The position numbers and the translations under genes were made by a program. The notes beneath the pieces are model-generated. The model was not told the origin of the DNA. It made no database searches and saw only the letters and a list, made by a program, of their open reading frames with translations. Shown piece by piece: positions 9,318 to 17,544 of a stretch of 64,000 nt of DNA. This stretch comes from Pyrinomonadaceae bacterium (lineage in GTDB: Bacteria > Acidobacteriota > Blastocatellia > Pyrinomonadales > Pyrinomonadaceae), in NCBI GenBank assembly GCA_035941655.1, contig DASZDU010000161.1, forward strand, positions 2,478 through 66,477. Reading direction: 5' to 3'. How positions within the stretch are numbered: position 1 is the first letter of the stretch; every line of letters begins with the position of its first letter.

Positions 9318-10550
9318 TTGGGAGAAGAAGAATTTTCTCAAGACTCGAGGAGCATTTCGGGTTGGCGGAGAGCCAAAAACCTGGGGCGCTCCTTTTTCGT
9401 TTTTCTGTCCGCGTCATGCCTCTTCAATTTCGGCATGTTCATGTTTGTCCTGCTCTACAACCTCTATCTTCTGGATATCGGGTACAAGGAAGACTTCATC
9501 GGATGGATGTCGAGCGCCACGACGGCGGGCAACATGATAGGGACGGTGTTCGCCGTCATTTTAAGTCGGCGGATCGGATTACAAAGATCTGTCATCGTCT
9601 GTTTTGCTGCCACGGCCACCATCGCGGCAATGCGCTCATTGGTAGTTGGACGGGGGGCCTTGCTTGCCCTGGCCTTTGCCGCGGGCCTGTTCTTTGCCGT
9701 CTGGGCTATCTCGATTACGGTCATCGTGGCCCAGGCGACGACGGCTGAAATGCGTCCACTGGCCTTCAGCGTTTATCTCTCAACGGTAATCGGCATCGGC
9801 ATCATCGCAGAACCCACAGGGGGACATTTGCCGCTGTGGCTGAACTACCTGTTTGGGCCAACCGGTGCAGCCCAAAGCAAGCAGTGGGCTTTGTTGCTGA
9901 GCGCTGCCATTGTTTCGTTGGCGGTCTGGCCCACTATTTATCTGGGGCTGCCGCAGCCCGCGAAGGATGCACGAGCATCTTATCCGCGCAGCTCGTTCGT
10001 CCTGCGCTTCCTCATCGCGGTGGCTGTCTTGAACATCGCTACCGCCTCTTTCAATCCCTTTGCCAATACATATTTTGCGAACTACCTGAAAATGCCGACT
10101 CAGCATATCGGCTACGTCTTTTCCGGCAGCCAGCTGGCCCAGGTAATCGCAATTGTGCTCTCACCGTTGATCCTTAGGAAGTTTGGTATGATCTGGGGCG
10201 TTGTGAGCATGGAATTGGCTGCCGCATTTTCTCTCGCAACTCTGGCTACCGGGCCACCAGTGCTGCTTGCTACTCTGGCTTTTGCGGGCTACATGTCTTT
10301 TCAATGGATGGACGAGCCGGCCATGGAAAGCCTCTTGATGACCAGGGTCGAGCCACATGAGCGAAGTGGTGCGTCGGCGATGATGTACATGGTGATTTTT
10401 GCGTCTGGCGCACTGGCCGCGCCGGTGGCGGGTGCCGGCCTGGCACGCTTTGGGTATCCACCAATCGTGGTGGCGGCGTCGTTTTTACTATTACTCGGAG
10501 CTTTACTCTATGGCTTTTTGTTGAGAAGGTCCGACGGCGAGACCACGTAG
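9318..10550 (+). CDS. MFS transporter
   Basis: 410 aa with about 12 hydrophobic helices in a 6+6 layout. The start (TTG 9318) is uncertain. Confidence 0.8.
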   Translation: MGEEEFSQDSRSISGWRRAKNLGRSFFVFLSASCLFNFGMFMFVLLYNLYLLDIGYKEDFIGWMSSATTAGNMIGTVFAVILSRRIGLQRSVIVCFAATATIAAMRSLVVGRGALLALAFAAGLFFAVWAISITVIVAQATTAEMRPLAFSVYLSTVIGIGIIAEPTGGHLPLWLNYLFGPTGAAQSKQWALLLSAAIVSLAVWPTIYLGLPQPAKDARASYPRSSFVLRFLIAVAVLNIATASFNPFANTYFANYLKMPTQHIGYVFSGSQLAQVIAIVLSPLILRKFGMIWGVVSMELAAAFSLATLATGPPVLLATLAFAGYMSFQWMDEPAMESLLMTRVEPHERSGASAMMYMVIFASGALAAPVAGAGLARFGYPPIVVAASFLLLLGALLYGFLLRRSDGETT

Positions 10551-10589
10551 ATCCTACTGGCCGCTTGGCCTGAGGTTAGGCAAGATCGA

Positions 10590-11729
10590 TTGCCCACCGC
10601 TTCACCTTGCACCGAATTGCAGAAAACTGACGGAGAAAATTTGACGACGAGCACCGAAACGATTGGTCACACGCTTAGTGTGGCCGCGACGTTCCGGGTC
10701 TACGATGGATATGGCAGCATGGGCGAATACATTGTACTGGGCATGGCCCGGGCTGGGGCGGTCGTGAATGTGATTCCACTTTTGATTGACCTGAACGGGA
10801 CTTTGGACGAGTTCAAGCAAATCTTCTGCGCTTCCCGGCCTGGGATAGTTGGTCCAGTTTTATATTTTTGTGGGCCAAGCGACTGGTTGGACCCATTTCG
10901 CGTAGTTGAGGATTTGTTTATCAACACCATGTGGGAAGCGGACCAACTTCCCGCAGTCTGGTCGGAACGGCTCAATCTGGCACGTGCCGTGATCGTGCCC
11001 TCGCGATTTCTGGTAGAGGTTTGCCGCCGCAGCGGCGTCAATGTTCCCGTTGAGGTCGTGGCCCAGGGAGTGGATCCCGACGTGTATCGCTACGAGCACA
11101 GACCGGAACGAGCTGGCTTGACGACGCTGATGGTCGGTACGGTCGATGATCGCAAACACATCGATGAGGGGATCGCTGCCTGGAAACTCGCCTTCGAGAG
11201 TGACCCGCAAGCTCGGCTCGTTATCAAATCCCGGTTTCAAAAAGGAAACTATGCCTTTGACGACCCGCGCATTAGCTTTTTCAAACAGGACGAGGCGACG
11301 AGGGGAATTGCCCACTGGTATCGTGAAGCCGATGTGCTCCTGGCGCTGGGAAATGAAGGCTTCGGACTTCCCCTCGTGGAAGGCATGGCGACCGGATTAC
11401 CGGTCATCGCTCTGAATTCCGAGGGGCAGGCTGATATCTGCGCTGAGGCTGGTGATTGTTTGTTGCCGGTTGACCCCAGTGCCTGGGTCCCTTACAACGA
11501 TCCTTACTGGGGACCGGCTGGTGTGCAAGCGGTGCCGGGAGTCGAAGATGTTGCGGAGCGACTGCGTTGGGTTGCCGGGCACAAAGACGAGGCGCGTGAA
11601 ATGGGCCGGGCGGCATCAGAATGGGCACGCACGCACCGGAACGTTTGGGCCATGGGACCAGCCATTCTCGAGGTAATGGAACATTACGCCAAACCTGCCC
11701 GCTCCTTGCGCCGTGCAATCAGTTTCTAA
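10590..11729 (+). CDS. glycosyltransferase, GT-B fold (Glycos_transf_1 / GT4-like)
   Basis: EX7E-type motif NEGFGLPLVEGMATGLPVIA. The start codon is uncertain (TTG). Confidence 0.85.
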   Translation: MPTASPCTELQKTDGENLTTSTETIGHTLSVAATFRVYDGYGSMGEYIVLGMARAGAVVNVIPLLIDLNGTLDEFKQIFCASRPGIVGPVLYFCGPSDWLDPFRVVEDLFINTMWEADQLPAVWSERLNLARAVIVPSRFLVEVCRRSGVNVPVEVVAQGVDPDVYRYEHRPERAGLTTLMVGTVDDRKHIDEGIAAWKLAFESDPQARLVIKSRFQKGNYAFDDPRISFFKQDEATRGIAHWYREADVLLALGNEGFGLPLVEGMATGLPVIALNSEGQADICAEAGDCLLPVDPSAWVPYNDPYWGPAGVQAVPGVEDVAERLRWVAGHKDEAREMGRAASEWARTHRNVWAMGPAILEVMEHYAKPARSLRRAISF

Positions 11730-12967
11730 ATTCGCCGCGCGATCTGATAGTTTGCCGCCTGGTCGCGATCGGCTGAGCTCAGACACTCACGATAGAGGCG
11801 ATTCAGACGCGCTGCCTGATGCTTGAGTGTTAATCCTCCAATAATCGTCCTTCGCGCTTCCAGACCTATTTCTTTTCGCAGCGCCTTGTTTCTCAAAAGG
11901 ACGGCGATGGCTTGTGCCAGCTCCTGGACATTGCCGGGTTGGATGAGCCAGCCGTTTTCTCCGTGACGAACAATCTCTTCAATTCCCTGATGGCGGCAGC
12001 CGATAATTGGCTTTCCGGTGGCCATCGCTTCGAGGTAGACGCAACCCATCGCTTCATCCTGGCTGGGCAGGGCAAAGACACTGCACCGTTGCATCGCCTC
12101 GGCAACAGCTCGGCGGCTTTGACGACCGACAACTTCGACCCGCTCGGCAATCTTCAATTCGTGAGAGAGCGCCACCAGGCGCGAGCGTTCCGGCCCGTCA
12201 TCAATAATCTGGTAGCGAAGACAGGGATAGTTCGGAGCCAGTTCTGCGACCGCCCGAATGACTAACTCATGTCCTTTATCTGGAACCAATCGTCCCACGC
12301 TGAGGATTGTCGGAATCGAGTCCTCGGCGTCGTTGCGCGGCGGACTGAACCGAGATGTATTGACGCCGTTGTAGATAACAGTTGGCTTGGTTAAACTGCC
12401 CATCGTATCAACCAGCACCCGGCGCACCGCCTCGCTGACACAAATACTTCTGGCGGCGTTTCGATAGACGAAGCGCGAAGAGCGGTTAACCCACCGACGC
12501 AGGAGTCCTTTTTCTCTCCGGGTGGAAAATACATCGAGTCCGTGAATGGTCACGAGAAAAGGGATCCGCAGTTGGCGAGAAAGCAGCGCAGCGGCGTGTC
12601 CACACGGCAAAGCTGACTGAGCATGGATCAGGTCAATCGGGTGATTCCGGTGCAAGAGACTCACGAAATGGGCCAGGCGTGCGTAGAGTAGCAAGCCCCA
12701 ACTTCCGTAAGCTAGCCTGCCTGGCAGTTGCGGATAACGAACCCGGATCGCCTTAGGCCCTCGCTCGCTGGACTTGAAAGTTCCCCAGGAGATTGGCTTG
12801 GCCGCAATGACTGTCGAGATGACGTTGAAATCTGAAAAGTATTCGAGCGGCTCAGCCACAAAGCTTCCGTCGATTTCATCACTCTCTGAGGGATAAAACG
12901 GTGTAAGCGTCAATACATGAATCGGTCGCGATTCACAGGCGTGGCCCGTAGATCTGGCGTAATCCAT
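11726..12967 (-). CDS. glycosyltransferase, GT-B fold (GT4-like)
   Basis: Motifs VGRLVPDKG and SQDEAMGCVYLEAMATGKPIIG. Its 3' end overlaps the convergent GT gene by 4 nt. Confidence 0.9.
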   Translation of the reverse strand: MDYARSTGHACESRPIHVLTLTPFYPSESDEIDGSFVAEPLEYFSDFNVISTVIAAKPISWGTFKSSERGPKAIRVRYPQLPGRLAYGSWGLLLYARLAHFVSLLHRNHPIDLIHAQSALPCGHAAALLSRQLRIPFLVTIHGLDVFSTRREKGLLRRWVNRSSRFVYRNAARSICVSEAVRRVLVDTMGSLTKPTVIYNGVNTSRFSPPRNDAEDSIPTILSVGRLVPDKGHELVIRAVAELAPNYPCLRYQIIDDGPERSRLVALSHELKIAERVEVVGRQSRRAVAEAMQRCSVFALPSQDEAMGCVYLEAMATGKPIIGCRHQGIEEIVRHGENGWLIQPGNVQELAQAIAVLLRNKALRKEIGLEARRTIIGGLTLKHQAARLNRLYRECLSSADRDQAANYQIARRI

Positions 12968-13175
12968 CTACCTTTACCTAATCGTTGATGATGAGCAGAT
13001 TTTCTGAGGTTCAGTCACAGCGCATCGTAGCGCGAAGTTTATCTTAGCAGTAATTATTTTTGAACTTGGGCGTTGCGTCAGGTTAACTCCTTCGAGTTGA
13101 AACCTGGTGCAAGACCGGTGGAAGTAGGAGCTGAGCAATCACAGACAAGCCCGCTGGCGTGGCGATAATCGACAA

Positions 13176-14465
13176 ATGAACATCAACGATTTCCTTCCGG
13201 ATAAGGTTTGTATCAACCTGGATCGAAGACCTGAGCGCTGGAAAAAGGTCCAGTTCCAGTTTGCCCTTCATGATCTCAAATCTGTAAGGCGCTTTCCGGC
13301 TTTGGATGGAGTTACGTTGGAAGTTCCACCCGGTTGGGAAGGCTCACCAGGGGCATACGGGTGTCTGCAGAGCCACCTGGCGGTCGTTCGGGAGGCGCGA
13401 GACAATGGACTAGCTCGAATTTGGATACTTGAAGATGATGTCGTTTTGGATTCTGATTTCAATGACAAATTCTCGCGCTATGCCGAACAAGTGCCATCCG
13501 ATTGGGATATGTTGTTTTTCGGCGGTCTGCATCTCTTTGTCCGTCCGCAGAGAATTTCAGACAACATCTCCAGGTTAGCTCATTCCTTCTCCACCTTTGC
13601 TTATGCGTTGAGGCAGACGGTTTACGATTCCTTTATCGAGATAAACTCGAGGTCGCTCATGCCGGTGGATCTAAATAATGTCGTCCTACAACAGAACTTC
13701 AACTGTTACTGTTTCGCGCCGCCTCTGGCCTGGGTGGCTGAGAATTATTCCGACACCCAGAACAAGTTTTTATATCCCTGGTATTTGAAGGAAGGACTAG
13801 TTATTGCCAGTCCTGAACTGGAGCGGATACAAAAGCAAAGCGTCGTGATTCTTGCCCACCGGGACTGCACTCCCGACCGCAGCCAAACTCGAAATTTGCA
13901 TTTCAAACTCGACTATTATTCAAAGTGGTATCCTCACGTTTCACTCCTGGTCGTGGAGCACGACCAGCGTCCCAGCCTTGATCCCCAGACCTTGCGCGAG
14001 GGTGTTCAATATGAATTTTTGCAGGACGGCAGTGGTTTCAATCCGGCGCGCTGCTTTCAATTGGGATTCGAACTGTTTGAGTCGAGGAAGGAGTTTTTTG
14101 TTTTTTCCGAGAGTGATATTCATTTGGACCGCGAGAATATCGTCGCTAATTTGGAGTTGTGTCTGCGATATGATTTTGTCAGCTCCTTCAGACATCTGAT
14201 TGATTTGTCGGAGGAAGACACCAGGAGGTTGATCGAGGGCAAAGAGATCGACCTCAGCGCGTATGGACGACGTGAACGAAGTGACATTTGCAGTGGCTCA
14301 TGCATTTTTACTCGAAAAGGCCTCCAGAGGATCGGAGGCTGGACAGACGCGAATGAGGCTACAAAAGATGAGACTCAATCACGAAGAGTGAGGCGCATGC
14401 TTTCGGTTTTTGAATCACCTAACCGGGCGCTGCGTTTGTCTCAAACCCAGTTTAATCCAAGGTAA
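13176..14465 (+). CDS. two-domain glycosyltransferase: N-terminal GT25-like, C-terminal GT7/GT2 (beta4GalT-like)
   Basis: N-terminal part: VCINLDRRPERW and WILEDDVV (GT25 pattern). C-terminal part (nt 13836..14360): FNPARCFQLGF, FVFSESDIHL (compare FVFSDVDLIP of beta4GalT) and IGGW. Confidence 0.8.
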   Translation: MNINDFLPDKVCINLDRRPERWKKVQFQFALHDLKSVRRFPALDGVTLEVPPGWEGSPGAYGCLQSHLAVVREARDNGLARIWILEDDVVLDSDFNDKFSRYAEQVPSDWDMLFFGGLHLFVRPQRISDNISRLAHSFSTFAYALRQTVYDSFIEINSRSLMPVDLNNVVLQQNFNCYCFAPPLAWVAENYSDTQNKFLYPWYLKEGLVIASPELERIQKQSVVILAHRDCTPDRSQTRNLHFKLDYYSKWYPHVSLLVVEHDQRPSLDPQTLREGVQYEFLQDGSGFNPARCFQLGFELFESRKEFFVFSESDIHLDRENIVANLELCLRYDFVSSFRHLIDLSEEDTRRLIEGKEIDLSAYGRRERSDICSGSCIFTRKGLQRIGGWTDANEATKDETQSRRVRRMLSVFESPNRALRLSQTQFNPR

Positions 14466-14505
14466 GCAGGGAGCCCAGCTTTCCCGAAACTGTCCGACGC
14501 GCCGC

Positions 14506-14607
14506 TTTCTCTGTGCAACCTCAGTGTTCTCTGTGTCTCGATGGTTGTTTTTCGCGCAATTCATTCACCACAGAGGCACAGCGAACGCGGAGCCTGCACA
14601 GAGAAAA
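14506..14607. repeat. palindromic intergenic element of about 100 bp, 'ctctgtg' family, copy 1 of 5
   Basis: Left arm tttctctgtgcaacctcagtgttctctgtgtctcgatgg. Right arm ccacagaggcacagcgaacgcggagcctgcacagagaaaa. Confidence 0.85.
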
Positions 14608-14679
14608 CAGGGCTCCGGCCAACTTTTCGGGCAAAGCTCAGGGAACCCTTTAGCTAATAATTCGAGGTTGATCAAGTCG

Positions 14680-15510
14680 ATGAATGCTGCGACAAGGCAG
14701 GGCTTTTTTGACATCAATGAGCTGCGGCGAGAGCTGGCACTCATAGATCTGGATCCGAAGTTTGGGCGCATGCTGAAGGACAAGAATGTGATGATCGTCG
14801 GGCCGGCCGAAACCATGCTGGGCACGCGCCAGGGAGAAATGATTGATTCGCACGACGTGGTGGTGAGGTTCAATACGGCGATTCAATACCTGCCCTTCCC
14901 GAGTGATCTGGCAAGAGATATCGGGACTCGAACGGACGTCTTGTATTGCAACAACGAAGTTTTAATGAATGGAATCTTTCATCAAAAAGGCATCTCGCAT
15001 GAAACCTTCAAGCAGGTCTGCGCCGTGGCCGGGATCAAATATCTGGTCAGTACGAATAATGACTTCACGTTCCCGGCTCATGATGAGCCCGAGCCGAAGT
15101 GCCGAGCTGAGTATCGAGCCTTCAAACTATTTCTTCAGCAGCAGGATATCGACATCGAATTCAGGATGTTGTATTCCACCAACGTAATCGTCAGGAGACT
15201 GCTGGACGGCTATGTCGGCAGAACAGGATTCCTGGGCATCGTGGATTTATTGGCTTACGACATTCGCCAGCTGACAATTACCGGGATGACTTTCTACCAC
15301 AAGGGTGGTCACCTTTTTCTTGAAGATTGCGTCAGCGAGCTGCATCCGATGAAGAACCATCAGGGGCTGGAGCCATCGGGGAATATTAAGGGCCATAATT
15401 CATATCTTGAGCTTGAATTGCTGGGGAAGCTCCTCATGCTTCATGGAGCAAAGCTGAAAATTGACGAACAAGTCCAAATGCTGATAGACGCTCGCCGCCC
15501 GAGAGAATAG
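14680..15510 (+). CDS. GT29 (sialyltransferase)-like glycosyltransferase
   Basis: L-motif-like VMIVGPAETMLGTRQGEMIDSHDVVVRFN...DIGTRTDVLYCN (14788..14955). S-motif-like RTGFLGIVDLLAYDIRQLTITGMTFY (15217..15297), followed by YH. VS-like HNSYLE (15394..15411). Start set at ATG 14680, downstream of the repeat. Confidence 0.7.
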   Translation: MNAATRQGFFDINELRRELALIDLDPKFGRMLKDKNVMIVGPAETMLGTRQGEMIDSHDVVVRFNTAIQYLPFPSDLARDIGTRTDVLYCNNEVLMNGIFHQKGISHETFKQVCAVAGIKYLVSTNNDFTFPAHDEPEPKCRAEYRAFKLFLQQQDIDIEFRMLYSTNVIVRRLLDGYVGRTGFLGIVDLLAYDIRQLTITGMTFYHKGGHLFLEDCVSELHPMKNHQGLEPSGNIKGHNSYLELELLGKLLMLHGAKLKIDEQVQMLIDARRPRE

Positions 15511-15515
15511 CCCGG

Positions 15516-16679
15516 ATGAAAATTACTCTGGTGATTGCTTCGCTTTACGGAGGTGGCGCGGAGCGCGTGGCGTCTAACATGGCGAACTACTGGACGGACA
15601 ACGGTTGGGAGATCTCGATCCTCACAATGTGCGGAAGCAACAACGCCTCCGCTTATGACCTGAATTCGAAGGTAGTTCGTCATGACCTTGGCGCCAGACC
15701 CTCTGGTCATTCCATGCCGGATCAGAGGTCATTAGCAGTGCTCCTTGAAATGCTCAACAATAGTTCTGTTGCTGAGCGGAGCATCTTCACCTTAGATTTT
15801 AATCTCATTCTCGCCTTACGAGATGCCATCATCAGCACTGCTCCCGAAGTCGTCATTTCATTCATCGATGTCACCAACGTAAGGACGCTGTTAGCCACTC
15901 GCGGACTGCGTTTTCCGGTCATTGTCACAGAGCATTGTGATCCCAACCACAATTATCTTGGCGAAGGATGGGAGGGCTTGCGAAGGCGTAGCTATACTCG
16001 CGCGGAGTGTCTGACAGTTCCCAACGAAGAGATCGTCTCTTATTTTTCAAGCGTCATGGATGGACGTGTGCGAGTGATACCTTACCCGATATCAAACGGT
16101 GCCCACGCTGTCGTTGCCGAAAGCAGCGCACGGCGCAAGGAAGGCCGGACGCTGCTGGCTGTGGGCAGGTTGGCACATGAGAAAGGCTTCGATATGTTGC
16201 TGGAGGCGTTCGCTCTAATCGCGCCGCGGCAGCCATCCTGGTGTTTGCAGATTTTGGGAGATGGAGAGCTGCGATCTCAGTTGGAGCAATCCGCGGCCGC
16301 ACTGGGACTGGCACAGCGGGTGCGATTCGGCAGCTTTACGAAGTTGCTCTTTGAGGTCATGCGGCAGGCAGACTTGTTCGTCCTGCCGTCGCGTTGTGAA
16401 GGTTTTCCGAATGTTCTGCTTGAGGCGATGGCTTGCGGGCTGGCGGCAGTGAGTTTTGACTGCCCCAGCGGTCCCAGGCATATCATCCGAGATGGAATTG
16501 ATGGAGTGCTTGTGCCGCCTCAGGATGTGCCAGCTTTGGCGGCGACGCTGGAACGCCTGATGGAGGATGAAGCCGAACGCCGGCGGTTGGCTGCAATGGC
16601 ACCACAGGTGTTGAAGCGTTTCGGGATGGAGAAGATCATGAACATGTGGTCGCAACTGGTGTTGGGTTGTAATGCTTAA
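15516..16679 (+). CDS. glycosyltransferase, GT-B fold (GT4-like)
   Basis: Motifs VGRLAHEKG and SRCEGFPNVLLEAMACGLAAVS. It starts 5 nt after the stop of the GT29-like gene. Confidence 0.9.
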   Translation: MKITLVIASLYGGGAERVASNMANYWTDNGWEISILTMCGSNNASAYDLNSKVVRHDLGARPSGHSMPDQRSLAVLLEMLNNSSVAERSIFTLDFNLILALRDAIISTAPEVVISFIDVTNVRTLLATRGLRFPVIVTEHCDPNHNYLGEGWEGLRRRSYTRAECLTVPNEEIVSYFSSVMDGRVRVIPYPISNGAHAVVAESSARRKEGRTLLAVGRLAHEKGFDMLLEAFALIAPRQPSWCLQILGDGELRSQLEQSAAALGLAQRVRFGSFTKLLFEVMRQADLFVLPSRCEGFPNVLLEAMACGLAAVSFDCPSGPRHIIRDGIDGVLVPPQDVPALAATLERLMEDEAERRRLAAMAPQVLKRFGMEKIMNMWSQLVLGCNA

Positions 16680-16702
16680 CGCGTAGTGGCGCAGTTTAAA
16701 GT

Positions 16703-16776
16703 TTTTCTCTGTGCAACCTCTGCGACCTCTGCGTCTCTGTGGAGAATTTCGATAACCAAGTACTTAACCACAGAGA
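16703..16776. repeat. 'ctctgtg' family element, copy 2 (right arm truncated)
   Basis: tttctctgtgcaacctctgcgacctctgcgtctctgtgg ... ccacagagatgac. Confidence 0.75.
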
Positions 16777-16809
16777 TGACAAATTGCGACACTACCGCTT
16801 AAAGCGTTC

Positions 16810-17544
16810 GTGAAAGTAATGAGGCCCACCAATAAGATAATTCAAAGCCTGTGGATCGGTTCAGAACTGTCCCTGATGGAGCGTTTATGCATAGCTTCAT
16901 TCCTGGCGCAGGGACATGAGTATCACTTGTATGTTTATGAAGACGTCAAGCACCTTCCTGACGGAACTCTAATCAAAGATGGGAACGAGATATTGCCCTC
17001 GTCCATGATCTTTCAATATCGTGAGTTCAAGTCGTATGCCGGGTTCTCAAACTTCTTTCGCTATAAACTTCTATTGGAGAAAGGGGGATGGTGGGTGGAT
17101 ACCGACATGGTTTGTTTGCGACCCTTCGACTTCGCGGACGCCTATGTCTTCTCGAGTGAAATGAGCGAGGGCCTGGAAGTGACTAACTGCGGAGCTATCA
17201 AGGCCCCCGCCGGCAGTGACGCGATGGGGTATGCCTGGCGAATCTGCCAACAGAAGACTATTGAGAATCTGGTGTGGGGAGAAACCGGTCCTGGATTAAT
17301 GGACCAGGTGGTGCGGCTTTTCTCGCTGGAAGAGTTTAGGCAACCGTCTCAAGTATTCTGCCCTATCAGTTATTGCGAGTGGGATAGCGTATTGCAGCCC
17401 GGTGCGGTGCGATCATTTGATAGCACCACGCATGCTGTGCATTTGTGGAATGAAATGTGGAGGCGCGCGTCTCTGGATAAAGACCAAAAGTTTCACCCGG
17501 ACTGTCTCTACGAAGAACTCAAAAGAAAACATTTGACTCAATAG
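16810..17544 (+). CDS. GT32-like glycosyltransferase (DXD sugar-binding region, Gb3-synthase-like)
   Basis: Motifs IQSLWIG and FSNFFRYKLLLEKGGWWVDTDMVCLRP (SD..R...L...GG.Y.DTD pattern). Confidence 0.8.
   Translation: MKVMRPTNKIIQSLWIGSELSLMERLCIASFLAQGHEYHLYVYEDVKHLPDGTLIKDGNEILPSSMIFQYREFKSYAGFSNFFRYKLLLEKGGWWVDTDMVCLRPFDFADAYVFSSEMSEGLEVTNCGAIKAPAGSDAMGYAWRICQQKTIENLVWGETGPGLMDQVVRLFSLEEFRQPSQVFCPISYCEWDSVLQPGAVRSFDSTTHAVHLWNEMWRRASLDKDQKFHPDCLYEELKRKHLTQ

Noticed and set aside
14410-14679. 90-codon N-terminal extension of the GT29-like ORF
   Set aside because: It overlaps the preceding gene and reads straight through a copy of the 'ctctgtg' palindrome, giving the typical pseudo-peptide ..SVFSVSRW..HHRGTANAE... 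ATG 14680 lies downstream of the element and is taken as the start.
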